DNA of 64,000 nt from an uncultured Clostridia bacterium (GTDB lineage Bacteria > Bacillota > Clostridia > Oscillospirales > Oscillospiraceae): positions 1,886 through 65,885 of the forward strand of contig CAMHPQ010000003.1 of NCBI GenBank assembly GCA_946187035.1. Reading direction: 5' to 3'. Shown in pieces: positions 43,356-53,007 of the stretch. The first letter of the stretch is position 1. Every line of letters starts with the position of its first letter. A program made the position numbers and the translations under genes. Below the pieces are notes generated by a model, which saw nothing but the letters and a program-made list of their open reading frames with translations, had not been told where the DNA came from and did no database searches.

Positions 43356-43429
43356 GCGCAGACAGCGGAGCCACAGCCTGTATAAAACAGAAAACGCCTG
43401 AGCCGGTTTTCCGTCTCCGGGAGATTCAA

Positions 43430-43462
43430 AGAGTCGGGCTGCAGACAGCCCGGCTCTTTTTT
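43430..43462 (+). terminator. Terminator
   Basis: AGAGTCGGGCTG and CAGCCCGGCTCT form a hairpin followed by TTTTTT. Confidence 0.8.
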
Positions 43463-43601
43463 CAGAATTGATTCTATGAAATCCGGGTATCAAAAACCCG
43501 AAACCATCCGCCGGATTTGCCCATTGCATTGCCGCCGGGGATGTGTTATATTTTTCACCGGTATAATGATATTTCTATGATGTGCCGAAGGAGGACAACC
43601 C

Positions 43602-45131
43602 ATGAAAGGTATGGAAACGGCAAAAACCCGCATTCGCCGCGCGGTGTTCACGGAGATCGCCCGTCTGGCCTACGAGGGCGGCGACTACGCAAAAGGACTG
43701 CGGGAGCTGCCCTACAAGCTGGTGCCCGGCGAAGTGGGCGAAAACCGCGACAGCATCTTCACCGAGCGGGCCGTCATCGCCGAGCAGGTGCGTCTCGCCA
43801 TGGGTCTTCCCTACCAGCGCATCACGGAATACGCCCCCGTGGAGGAGGGCATCGAGCTGGCCCTGAACCCGGAGAGCTACTATGAGCCGCCGCTGATGAA
43901 CGTGATCAAGTTCGCCTGCAACAAGTGTCCCGACAACGTGGTGCGGGTGACGGACATGTGCCAGGGCTGTCTGGAGCACCCCTGCATGGAGGCCTGCCCC
44001 AAGGGCGCCATCAGCCGCGTCAAGGGCCGGGCGCTGATCGATCAGGACAAGTGCATCAAGTGCGGACGGTGCATGGCGGAGTGCAAATTCCACGCCATCG
44101 TCCGGCTGGAGCGGCCCTGCCGGAAGGCCTGCGGCATCGACTGCATGAAGTCCGACGACCTGGGCCGGGCGGACATCGACTATGAGAAGTGCACCTCCTG
44201 CGGCCAGTGTCTGGTTGCCTGCCCCTTCGGCGCCATCGCGGACAAGAGCCAGATCTTCCAGGCCATCCAGTCCATCAAGCAGGGCGACGAGGTCTATGTG
44301 GCCCTGGCCCCCGCCTTTGTGGGACAGTTCGGCCCCAAGGGCGTGCCGGAGAAGATGCGCTCCGCCTTCGAGGCCCTGGGCTTCACCGGCGTCTACGAGG
44401 TGGCCATCGGCGCGGATCTGTGCGTCATCGAGGAGGCCGCGGACTTCCTGGAGGAGGTGCCCGAGAAGCACAAGTTCATGGTCACCAGCTGCTGCCCCGC
44501 CTGGAGCACCATGGTGAAGAAGATGTTCCCCCAGTTCACGGAGAATATCTCCGTGGCCATGACGCCCATGGTGCTCACCGCCCGCATGATCAAGCGGCAG
44601 CACCCGGGCTGCAAGGTGGTCTTCGTGGGCCCCTGCGACGCCAAAAAGCTGGAGGCCCGCCGCCGCACCATCCGCAGCGACGTGGACTTCGTCCTCACCT
44701 TTGAGGAGACCATGGGCATGTTCGAGGCCAAGGGCATCGACGACGTGTTCTCCGGCGAGGACGCGCCTCTGGACGACGTGGCCAGAGACGGCAGAAACTT
44801 CGCCTTCGCCGGCGGCGTGGCCCAGGCGGTGGTGAACGCCATCCACCAGATGGATCCCAACCGGGAGGTCAAGGTGGCCAACGCCGCAGGTCTGGCCGAC
44901 TGCCGGAAGCTGCTGATGATGGCCAAGGCCGGAAAATACGACGGCTATCTGCTGGAGGGCATGGCCTGCCCCGGCGGCTGCGTCAACGGCGCCGGTACCC
45001 TCCGCCAGCCGGAGAAGAGCACCAAGGCCGTCCAGGACTTCGCCAACAAGGCAAACTTCACCTGTGCCAACGACACCCCCTATCTGGAGTATCTGCCCCT
45101 CATTGAGGAAAAGGGCAAAATCCGCAAATAA
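43602..45131 (+). CDS. [FeFe]-hydrogenase family protein (ferredoxin-like clusters + H-cluster domain)
   Basis: 4Fe-4S motifs CIKCGRCMAEC and CTSCGQCLVACP. H-cluster motifs TSCCPAW, GPCDAKKLE and EGMACPGGCVNG. GGAGGA RBS. Confidence 0.85.
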   Translation: MKGMETAKTRIRRAVFTEIARLAYEGGDYAKGLRELPYKLVPGEVGENRDSIFTERAVIAEQVRLAMGLPYQRITEYAPVEEGIELALNPESYYEPPLMNVIKFACNKCPDNVVRVTDMCQGCLEHPCMEACPKGAISRVKGRALIDQDKCIKCGRCMAECKFHAIVRLERPCRKACGIDCMKSDDLGRADIDYEKCTSCGQCLVACPFGAIADKSQIFQAIQSIKQGDEVYVALAPAFVGQFGPKGVPEKMRSAFEALGFTGVYEVAIGADLCVIEEAADFLEEVPEKHKFMVTSCCPAWSTMVKKMFPQFTENISVAMTPMVLTARMIKRQHPGCKVVFVGPCDAKKLEARRRTIRSDVDFVLTFEETMGMFEAKGIDDVFSGEDAPLDDVARDGRNFAFAGGVAQAVVNAIHQMDPNREVKVANAAGLADCRKLLMMAKAGKYDGYLLEGMACPGGCVNGAGTLRQPEKSTKAVQDFANKANFTCANDTPYLEYLPLIEEKGKIRK

Positions 45132-45144
45132 CAACGCCATAAAA

Positions 45145-45346
45145 ACGTACCCTCTGCCGGAGCAGAGGGTACGCTCAAGCTGTCGATACAGTCGACAGCT
45201 TGAACCTCTCAGACGCCATTGTCGTCTGAGAAAGATTAAAAAATGCGAGGGGAAACCCATCCCCTCGCGCTCCCCATGCAAACATTTCACATTCTGCATG
45301 GTTTGTCTACAGTCTGAACGTACCCTCTGCCGGAGCAGAGGGTACG
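45145..45346. repeat. Array of five stem-loops in a convergent intergenic region, bracketed by a 29-nt direct repeat
   Basis: ACGTACCCTCTGCCGGAGCAGAGGGTACG occurs at 45145-45173 and 45318-45346. Additional perfect hairpins lie at 45177-45201, 45207-45231 and 45245-45268. Confidence 0.8.
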
Positions 45347-45362
45347 TTTATTTGGGAACGAA

Positions 45363-48014
45363 TTATTTCTTTTTCCTGAGGCCGATGACGGCGGCCACCA
45401 CGCCGCAGAGGCCCACAGCCGCCACAGCGACCCAGATCATGCTTCTGCTGTCGCCGGTGCGGGGATTCCGGCTGCTGCTGAGGCCGCGGTTCGCGGTGGT
45501 GGTCACGGTGGTGGAGCTGCCCAGCGCGGCGGTCTGTCCGGGGGACTGGATCTTCAGCGTGGCAGAGACCTTGCCGTTGTCGAAGAGCACCTCCAGGGTG
45601 TGGTCCCCGACGCTGAGCCGCTGGAGCATATCCGCCTTGAGCGTCACCACGGTGCTGCCCTTGGCGACGGTGTAGTCCTTGTCCTTCTCCAGCAGGGTGC
45701 CGTCCAGCTTCACGCCGGTGAAGTGCTCAAAACTGGCGTCGTCCTGCTCGCCGCTCTTTACGGTGAGGGTGAGATCGGTCTTGCTGGCCTTGTTCCAGCT
45801 GGGGTCGGCGGGGGTCATGGTATAGGTGATCTGCTTCTCGGCGACTGTGACCGTCACCACCGTCTCCAGCGTGACAAATTCACCGTCCGCATCCAGACTC
45901 TCGGCCCTGATGTGTACCTTCGTCGTACCGGGGGCCACGGCGGTCAGGGCGCCGAATTCGTCCACGGTGACGATCTTGGGGTTCTCCGACTCATAGACGC
46001 AGTCCCGGAGCCTGGCCGGGTCCGGCGTGGTGGAGATGGTGCAGGGCCGCTGATCCCCCACGGTCATGGAGATGGTCTCCTGATCGGCCCGGATCGACTG
46101 GGCGTAGGGCGGGTCGCCCTCCACGATGGTCAGCGTGAAGGTTCGGGCGGCGCCGTACTTCAGCTTGGCGGTCAGCGTGACCTGGCCGGGGCCCACGTAG
46201 CTGACGCGTCCCATCTCGTCCACGGTGGCGAAATTCGGATCGGAGGAGGTCCAGCTGACGACCTTGTTGTCGGCGTCCGCCGGGAGCACCTCATACCGGA
46301 TCTGATAGGCTGCGGGGAAAAAGCTGTTGAAGTGGATCACATCGCTGTTCTTCACGAAGGCGATGTCCTTGCCGTGGGTGATCTCGCTGTCGCTGACAAA
46401 CTTTGCGGTGAAGACCCGATCCTCGGTGATCCTGATCTCGGAGTGGATCTCATTGCCCTGCTCGTCCAGCCAGGCCACAAAGGTGCGGTCCGCCGGCTCG
46501 GGGTGGGTCTCGCTGCCGTCCACAGGCTCGCTCTCAGGCCGGAAGTCCGACCGCCAGACCTTGCCGTCCACCATATACGTCACCTTGTGGATCATGGTGT
46601 CCAGCTCGTCAAAGTGGGCGTCCACCCAGGTGATCCGGTTCCGGATCCAGGTCTTCAGCGCCTGGACCTCCTTCTGGTAGTCGTAGTTCCCCGCATTCTC
46701 GTGGTGCAGCAGGTAGTCCTGCAGGGCGGAGGCCTTGGTCTCCTCGTAATACTGATCCATGACGCCGCCGTCGGCAATCAGACGCCGGAGTGCGTCGCGC
46801 ATCACCGGCCACTGCTTGTGCAGCTCCTGGACGAAGCCGCCCTCGCCCCGGTCATAGAGCATGGGCTTGCACCAGAGATGGCCGTATTCAAAGCCCTGGG
46901 TGTAGGGGCTGTAATTCCACGCGTAGTCGAAGTCCCACAGCGGGCCCCAGTAGAGCTTGCTGACGCCGGTTTCGGGGTCGCGGTCCTTGTAGAGATAGGT
47001 GCTGCCGGTGGCGTAGCCGTCGGAATTTCTGCTGATCTCGTTCACGAGCCAGTATTTCGCCGCGTTCTCCACGTCCATCAGCTCCCGATAGGCCGTGCCC
47101 TCCTCAAACAGCACGTCCTCGAAATGCTGGATGTAGTCCTGAATGTATTTCTGCTGGGCGTTGTTCTTGTAGGCGTCGCCCAGCTCCGCGGCGGTGAAGG
47201 CCTCCTCGCCGGTTTCCTCACCCGTACCCAGCAGCAGGCTGTCCCCGCCCTCGGTGTCGAAGGAGGGCGTGTGGGTGGCCCAGTTGGCGCCGCGGGTGGT
47301 AAAGAAGATGTTGGGAGAGCCTCTGCGCACCTGAACGCCGTTCTGGATCATGTAGCCGCCGGTGATGACGGCGGGATCGGTGTCGCTCTCCTCCAGCTCC
47401 TGGATGGCGAGGCGGTTATCGTCCACCCGGACGTTCTCGCTGAAATAGTAGCTGCCGAGGTATTGCGCCCCGAAGTTCTCGCCCACCATGACCACGTCCA
47501 CGGGGACGCCCCGGGGCGTGAACTCGAAGCCCATCTCATCGCCCAGCCAGGCTGTGATCCGATCCTTCAGCAGCGTGCTGTCCTTGGCGTTGGCCACCAA
47601 CACCCAGTGCTTGTTCTTGCCGAGGCCGAACAGATCCGCCTTCTTGTCCAGCTTGATCTTGAAGGGCTTTTTGGTCTCCTGCCAGGTGGAATTGCCCCGG
47701 CCCCGGATGCTCATGTCCAGATCCGTGAAGTCCACGCAGGCCAGATCCGGGAAATCGGAATAGTGAAATCCCTCCGGCACGTCGATGGTGAGCTTGCCGT
47801 AGCAGTAGGTGCTGTGGTCGGGGCTCGACATCATGTCCTCAATGGTGCCCCGGGATTCGTCGATGTACAGATACACCACGGGGATGCCGTTGTCCACGGT
47901 CGGCATGGCATCCGAAGCCGCCGAAGCGTTGCCGGACAGGCAAATCACGGCGATCAGAAGCACGCACAGGAACAGCAGCGTAACGGCGCCCTTTCCGGTC
48001 AGATATTTCTTCAT
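45363..48014 (-). CDS. CotH kinase-family protein with Big_2 domains and a C-terminal NPxTG cell-wall sorting signal
   Basis: CotH core KHWVLVANAKDSTLLKDRITAWLGDEMG...YYFSENVRVDDNRL. Big_2 domain VVSWTSSDPNFATVDEMGRVSYVGPGQVTLTA. The C-terminus has NPRTG followed by a hydrophobic helix and RKKK. Confidence 0.85.
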   Translation of the reverse strand: MKKYLTGKGAVTLLFLCVLLIAVICLSGNASAASDAMPTVDNGIPVVYLYIDESRGTIEDMMSSPDHSTYCYGKLTIDVPEGFHYSDFPDLACVDFTDLDMSIRGRGNSTWQETKKPFKIKLDKKADLFGLGKNKHWVLVANAKDSTLLKDRITAWLGDEMGFEFTPRGVPVDVVMVGENFGAQYLGSYYFSENVRVDDNRLAIQELEESDTDPAVITGGYMIQNGVQVRRGSPNIFFTTRGANWATHTPSFDTEGGDSLLLGTGEETGEEAFTAAELGDAYKNNAQQKYIQDYIQHFEDVLFEEGTAYRELMDVENAAKYWLVNEISRNSDGYATGSTYLYKDRDPETGVSKLYWGPLWDFDYAWNYSPYTQGFEYGHLWCKPMLYDRGEGGFVQELHKQWPVMRDALRRLIADGGVMDQYYEETKASALQDYLLHHENAGNYDYQKEVQALKTWIRNRITWVDAHFDELDTMIHKVTYMVDGKVWRSDFRPESEPVDGSETHPEPADRTFVAWLDEQGNEIHSEIRITEDRVFTAKFVSDSEITHGKDIAFVKNSDVIHFNSFFPAAYQIRYEVLPADADNKVVSWTSSDPNFATVDEMGRVSYVGPGQVTLTAKLKYGAARTFTLTIVEGDPPYAQSIRADQETISMTVGDQRPCTISTTPDPARLRDCVYESENPKIVTVDEFGALTAVAPGTTKVHIRAESLDADGEFVTLETVVTVTVAEKQITYTMTPADPSWNKASKTDLTLTVKSGEQDDASFEHFTGVKLDGTLLEKDKDYTVAKGSTVVTLKADMLQRLSVGDHTLEVLFDNGKVSATLKIQSPGQTAALGSSTTVTTTANRGLSSSRNPRTGDSRSMIWVAVAAVGLCGVVAAVIGLRKKK

Positions 48015-48111
48015 TTCTCCACCAGCCTTTCCAGACTTTCTTACCCTTAAAGATACCAGAATTCCCCTGGTTAGTCAACATAATATCCCCGGTTTCTCCC
48101 CGAAAAACATA

Positions 48112-48140
48112 GAAAAACGCGAGGGAAAAATCCCTCGCGC
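48112..48140 (-). terminator. Terminator after gene 48162-50468
   Basis: CGCGAGGGA and TCCCTCGCG form a hairpin followed on the minus strand by TTTTT. Confidence 0.7.
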
Positions 48141-48161
48141 TTTTCCGATCATTGGTATTGC

Positions 48162-50468
48162 TTATTGGGTTTCCTTCCACCAGCCCAGCAGGGTCTTTGT
48201 GACCTTGAGGGTGGTTTTCAAAGCGGTCTTGGCCACGTTTGCCGCAGTCTCCTTCACAGTCTCCTTGACCATGTTCTGGATGGCGGTGGTCTGCTCGATG
48301 ATGCGGTTGGAGGTGTCGATGCTGTCGGCGATCTTCTGGGTGACATCCTTGGCGGCGGCGGTGATCTTGTTGTCGCCGGTGGTGTCGATGGCATTGGCGG
48401 TCTCGGTCAGCATCGCCTTGACCTTCAGGGCGATGTTGGTGCGCAGGCTGGTGGAGAAGTTATAGAACTTCCAGTCCGGGGTGATCTCGCTGGTGACAAC
48501 CGCTCTCCCCTCCCGGATGACCTTGTCGGCGAACATCAGCAGGTTCTGGCCGGTGCGGCCGTAGGCATAGAGATACTTGGTCATGGCGTTGGCCAGCTCC
48601 AGCTCGGAGCCATAGATCAGGTTGCCGCCCAGGTAATTGTAGAGCATATTCGAGGTGAAGGCAATGGTGAGGGCGGTGACGTCGTTCTCGCCGGAGATCA
48701 TATCCTGGACCATGGTGCCGGTCTTGCCGTCGGTGATCAGGTTCAGGAGCTTGTCCGCCTCGGCGGTGTAGTTGAAGTTTCTCAGCCAGGTGTAGTAGTC
48801 CTCCGCGTAGTAGGGCAGCACCAGGCCCAGATTGCCGAAGGTGACGTAGCACCAGTCCTTGGGCGCGGGCAGCTCGGTGTTCCAGGTGAGGTTCATGGTG
48901 TAGAACAGCGGGCTGTGGATGTAGCCGTCCGGCACGCCGATCTCCAGCATGAGATAGTGGCCGGTGGGCATCTTCTTGGTCAGCAGCGCGTGGGTGGGCA
49001 GCAGGTCAAGCATCTTCTGCTGCTCGGGGGAGAGATCATCGCCCACCATCCAGACCAGGATCTCCTTGGCGTACTTCATGATGTTGTCATTGGTCAGCAC
49101 CGGATAGACCCAGTCGTTGATGACGCCCTTGACCCATTCGCCGTTCTCGTCCCAGAACTCGGTGCCCTTCTGGGCGGCATACTTCGCCAGGGTGAAGACG
49201 AAGTTCACGATGGCCTCGGTCTGGGGATTTTCAAACACGCCGTCCAGAAGCTCCATATCATCGGCTTCCTCCAGCACCACGTTGCCCATCTTCAGCAGGA
49301 CGTCCAGAGACCAGGTGAGGGTCACGTTGCTGTCCTCGCTGAAGAAGACGTTGCCGTTCTCGTCGGCGGTGGCCTGCAGAATGGCGGGCAGACGGAGATC
49401 CGTCTCGTCGCTCATGAAGGTGATCATGGGATCCATGGCCGAGGCCTCCAGCAGGGACCAGTAGGTGCCCAGCAGCTTGATGACGGCCTTGTGGTCGAAG
49501 GTGATCTGCTTTGCGGTGTCGTCCCAGGTGAGGATCTCGCTGTTGAGGATGCTCAGCTCCTCCCAGGTGAAGCCCTCGGTGCCCACCAGATTCATGGCGT
49601 TGGTAAAGGTGTCCTTGCCCAGGGCATAGGCGGCGCGGAGGATCTTCTCGGTCTCCTCCCGGTTCACCAGCAGGAATTCCGTGCCGGGGACGGCGTTACC
49701 GCCCAGATCCACGCTCCTGAAGCCGAAGCCGGGCTCCTCGCTCTTCATAAACACGCCGGGCATGGAGAATGACACGCTGAAGGCATCCCAGTCGATGTCA
49801 AAGATACCGAAATCCGCTTTGATGCTGAAGGTGTAGCTGCCCAGCTCTTCCTCGTAGCCCACATAGTTCACATGGTCGTCGCCCACGTGGACGCGGGTCT
49901 GGCCGCTGGAGGGCTCCCAGAGGGTGTAGCCGTCGCCGTTGATCTTCCGCACCTCCAGGGTGTAGTTCCCCTCAGGCACGTCCTTGGCGCCGTAGATCTT
50001 ATAGAACTCGCCCACGGTGTCGATGCCGGAGATCAGCCAGCCGAAGCCGTCCTGGAGCCATTTGAAAATATCATCCAGCCAGCTGAGGATGCCGTCTGCC
50101 TTAAACTGGAAGGAGGAGAGAAAGGCCGCGTCCTTCACGGCGTTCAGCTCCAGCTTGTACTCCTGGTTCTGGTCGTTGACCAGATACATCTCCACCTCGG
50201 GCAGCTTCTCGTTGGCGAGAATGCCCTGGAGCTCGCTCTTGAGCGCCGCGACGAAATCCTGGAAGTTGTAGGTAGATTTCATCACCGCGTCGGCCATGCT
50301 CTGACCGTAGACCATGACGGCCACGTCCTCGTCGCCCTTGGGGCCGCGCTCGCGCCCGGTGACGGGGTTTACGTTGCTGACATCGTCGCCGTCGGCAGCC
50401 AGAACCCCTATGGGGAACAGACTGAAGACCAGGACCAGAGCCAGCAGCAGACTGATGGTTTTTTTCAT
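48162..50468 (-). CDS. Secreted 768-aa protein of unknown function (possible prealbumin/SpaA-like fold segments)
   Basis: Signal peptide MKKTISLLLALVLVFSLFPIGVLA. AAGGAG RBS. The segments GNYTLEVRKINGDGY, VPGTEFLLVN and MPTGHYLMLEIGVPDGY hint at SpaA-like beta-sandwiches. Confidence 0.75.
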   Translation of the reverse strand: MKKTISLLLALVLVFSLFPIGVLAADGDDVSNVNPVTGRERGPKGDEDVAVMVYGQSMADAVMKSTYNFQDFVAALKSELQGILANEKLPEVEMYLVNDQNQEYKLELNAVKDAAFLSSFQFKADGILSWLDDIFKWLQDGFGWLISGIDTVGEFYKIYGAKDVPEGNYTLEVRKINGDGYTLWEPSSGQTRVHVGDDHVNYVGYEEELGSYTFSIKADFGIFDIDWDAFSVSFSMPGVFMKSEEPGFGFRSVDLGGNAVPGTEFLLVNREETEKILRAAYALGKDTFTNAMNLVGTEGFTWEELSILNSEILTWDDTAKQITFDHKAVIKLLGTYWSLLEASAMDPMITFMSDETDLRLPAILQATADENGNVFFSEDSNVTLTWSLDVLLKMGNVVLEEADDMELLDGVFENPQTEAIVNFVFTLAKYAAQKGTEFWDENGEWVKGVINDWVYPVLTNDNIMKYAKEILVWMVGDDLSPEQQKMLDLLPTHALLTKKMPTGHYLMLEIGVPDGYIHSPLFYTMNLTWNTELPAPKDWCYVTFGNLGLVLPYYAEDYYTWLRNFNYTAEADKLLNLITDGKTGTMVQDMISGENDVTALTIAFTSNMLYNYLGGNLIYGSELELANAMTKYLYAYGRTGQNLLMFADKVIREGRAVVTSEITPDWKFYNFSTSLRTNIALKVKAMLTETANAIDTTGDNKITAAAKDVTQKIADSIDTSNRIIEQTTAIQNMVKETVKETAANVAKTALKTTLKVTKTLLGWWKETQ

Positions 50469-50689
50469 GTAGTTGCTCCTTTCTTCCGTATCAACATAAT
50501 AGTCCTTTAAATATTATACAGAACGATGGAAAAGCTGTCAATTAAAAGATCGCAGAATCCACGAATCGCCTAAAAAATGTAATTCGTTTTCGTTGAATCA
50601 GCGCAATGGATATGGTAGAATGGACGCAATCAGACACAGAAACCGCATCCTGTTTTCACAGAGGCGGACATCGCCGGAAAGGAGCGAAC

Positions 50690-51006
50690 ATGCCTGCTGC
50701 ACAAACGATACGAAGAGAGCGCAGATTCCTCCGAAGTTTGCTTCCGGCAACGCTGGGTCTGGCGCTGCTTCTGAGCGGCTGCGGAAGCGGGATCACCGTG
50801 CCGGAGCAGACGCCGCTGCCGGAGGCGGAGGGGCGGCGGAGGAAACCGGCGTCGCCGTCTGCGTGCTGCCGGGAAACCACGATCTCTCCCCGGTGACGCA
50901 GCAGGAGTTTGCCGAGATTTACGAACCTTTCGGCTTCGGGGAGGCAACCAGCCGGGACGCCGCCTCTCCCCTCCTGGGCGGTTTCCGGATCCCGATTGAA
51001 AGATAA
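50690..51006 (+). pseudogene. Remnant of a metallophosphoesterase lipoprotein gene (frameshifted, internally deleted, truncated)
   Basis: The lipobox leader MPAAQTIRRERRFLRSLLPATLGLALLLSGCGSG is in one frame. VAVCVLPGNHDLSPVTQQEFAEIYEPFGFG (GNHD motif) is in another frame only about 20 codons later. It runs into repeat DNA. Confidence 0.45.
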
Positions 51007-51028
51007 ATAGGTATTTACGCTCGCTCCT

Positions 51029-51057
51029 TGTAGAGCAGGGGCCTGCGCCCCGCCCTA
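51029..51057. repeat. Degenerate collapsed copy of repeat family A
   Basis: GTAGAGCAGGGGCCTGCGCCCCGCCCTAC with the same CTCCTT left flank. A half-copy GTAGGGCGGGGACCTGTG lies at 51337-51354. Confidence 0.55.
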
Positions 51058-51370
51058 CGGGTGTGTGATTCGTTCCGCCGGAACGCAAATAGAATATGTA
51101 GGGGCTGGCGTCCTCGACAGCCCGCGCGGAATGCAGAAGGACAACCTGATGATTCCGGCGAATTCGTTCCTGTTCCTGATTCGCCCGAGTCTCCGTAAAT
51201 CCAACCTTTCCCGCCGGGACGTCGAGAACACCGTCCCCTAGGAAATTAATTAACATAATATTATATTACGTAAATTATTCTTATCTGCTAGAGAAGTGTT
51301 CAAGCTGGAGTTTACCGGGGAGTTAAATCATCCACCGTAGGGCGGGGACCTGTGTCTCCCCTTTTCCAAT

Positions 51371-51402
51371 GAAAACTCCCCGGACGGCTGTCCGGGGAGT
51401 TT
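51371..51402 (-). terminator. Terminator after the SGNH/SLH gene
   Basis: AAACTCCCCGGAC and GTCCGGGGAGTTT form a 13-bp stem. On the minus strand the T-run is TTTTC. Confidence 0.7.
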
Positions 51403-51417
51403 AATTGATTGTTTGGT

Positions 51418-53007
51418 TTACGCGCCGACGTAGCGGGCCAGGAAGGTGACGGCCTGGGCGCGGGTGCAGGGCTGCAGAGGTCCAAAGAGGACGGAGCTGA
51501 TGCCCTTGGTGATGCCGGTCTTGACCGCCCAGGAGACGGGCGCGCCGAAGTAGGCGCCGACGCCCACATCCCGGAAGCCGTCGAAGCTGCCGGCGTCCTC
51601 AGCGTCAGGATTGGTGGCCTGATCGTAACGATACAGGAAGGTCACGATCTGGGCGCGGGTGCAGACGTCATAGGGGGAGAAGGTGAAGGAGGTGGTGCCC
51701 TTGGTGATGCCGTTCTCCACGGCCCAGGCCACGGCCTCGGCAAAGTAGTCGCCGTCCTTCACATCGATGAAGCTGGCGGAGGACTCCACCTTGGGCTCGC
51801 CGGCCAGACGCCACAGATAGGTGAGCATCTCGGCGCGGTTGACGATCTTGTTGGGGCTGAAGGTGCCCTCGTCGGTGCCGGTGGTGATACGGGTGTTGGC
51901 GGCCCACTGGATGGCCTTCTGGAACTCGGGGCTCTGGAAGCCGATGTCCTTGAACTCGGTGATGGGCCGGATCTTCGCCAGGATGCGGGCGGTCATGTCA
52001 TCGTAGCCCTCGTCGGTGGGATGGACGGAGCTGTCGGTGGCCACGTCCACCACGTCCACATAGGTGCAGCCGTACTGCGCGGAGATGCGGGCAAGGGCGC
52101 TGTTGAACGGGAGCAGGATGTTGTCGCAGAGCTTGCCGAAGGTGATCACGTCGCCGCCCATGAGGTTCACGGCATGGACAGGATTGAACACGCCGATGGT
52201 GATGATCTGCGCAGTGGGATTCAGCTCACGCAGCTCCTTGAGGATCAGCGCGTAGTTCTGCTTCGCGGCCTGCATGCTCTCCAGGCACTTGGGGAGCATG
52301 ATCTCCAGGAAACCGGAAGCTTCAGGGCTCAGCAGGGTGCCGAAGATGCCCATTTCGCTGGTGGTGTCGGTGTTGGAATCATACAGGCTGGGCAGCAGCT
52401 TGCCGATGATTCCGGTAATGCCCTTGTTGGAAAAATCCTCACCGTCTGCCACTCTGGCGGCATACTCCACCGTGGCATAGGTGGCGGGGCTGGTGAAGAT
52501 GTCGTTGGAGCCAACGTTCAGGGTGATGAGATCGGCCTCGCGGATGTCCTGACGGATCTGCTCCCGGTAGGCGTCATAGCCGTTGGTCTTGAAGACGTAA
52601 GGATAGGTCTCGTCGCCGGTGTAGTCCACGGCGTCGGCCTTGATCTCGTTGAGAATGTCCTTGGTGCGCATGCCGGTGTGGGCCCAGCTGACGGCACCGC
52701 CGCCGTGAAGATCCAGACCCATGGCTGCGGACACACGGCCCACATAGCCATAGTCGGTGGAGCCGAGGATCTCGACATAGGTCGGGTTGCCGTCCGCGTC
52801 CAGAACCGGGTTGCCATCCTCGTCAACGACCTGTTTGTAGAGGGGGCGAACTTCGTTGTTCATGCCGCTGGCGACACTGTCACCAAAGGCAACGTACTTG
52901 TTGATGTTGTAAACGTCCTTGCCGTAGGCCAGAGCCGGAACGCAGGCGAGGCTGAACATCATGATCAGCGCCAGCAGGAAGGCAAGACCTGTGCGAAGCT
53001 TTTTCAT
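51418..53007 (-). CDS. Secreted SGNH/GDSL hydrolase with three C-terminal SLH repeats
   Basis: Signal peptide MKKLRTGLAFLLALIMMFSLACVPALA. GDS block YVAFGDSVASG. Late DxxH block (HPTDEGY). Three SLH repeats. GGAGG RBS before ATG 53007. Confidence 0.85.
   Translation of the reverse strand: MKKLRTGLAFLLALIMMFSLACVPALAYGKDVYNINKYVAFGDSVASGMNNEVRPLYKQVVDEDGNPVLDADGNPTYVEILGSTDYGYVGRVSAAMGLDLHGGGAVSWAHTGMRTKDILNEIKADAVDYTGDETYPYVFKTNGYDAYREQIRQDIREADLITLNVGSNDIFTSPATYATVEYAARVADGEDFSNKGITGIIGKLLPSLYDSNTDTTSEMGIFGTLLSPEASGFLEIMLPKCLESMQAAKQNYALILKELRELNPTAQIITIGVFNPVHAVNLMGGDVITFGKLCDNILLPFNSALARISAQYGCTYVDVVDVATDSSVHPTDEGYDDMTARILAKIRPITEFKDIGFQSPEFQKAIQWAANTRITTGTDEGTFSPNKIVNRAEMLTYLWRLAGEPKVESSASFIDVKDGDYFAEAVAWAVENGITKGTTSFTFSPYDVCTRAQIVTFLYRYDQATNPDAEDAGSFDGFRDVGVGAYFGAPVSWAVKTGITKGISSVLFGPLQPCTRAQAVTFLARYVGA

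Noticed and set aside
45145-45346. CRISPR-like array (repeated 29-mer)
   Set aside because: Only two copies are present, separated by 144 nt of hairpin-rich sequence. There are no cas genes in the window. No CRISPR array was seen anywhere in the 64 kb.
45600-48050. 816-aa plus-strand ORF antisense to the CotH gene. The same pattern occurs at 48165-49772, 51409-53073, 54208-55461, 55661-56584, 56664-58139, 58770-60242 and 60883-63243.
   Set aside because: All are antisense to genes with clear family motifs. Their translations are Gly/Ala/Val/Asp/His-rich with no recognisable motifs or RBS, so they are shadow frames of high-GC coding DNA.
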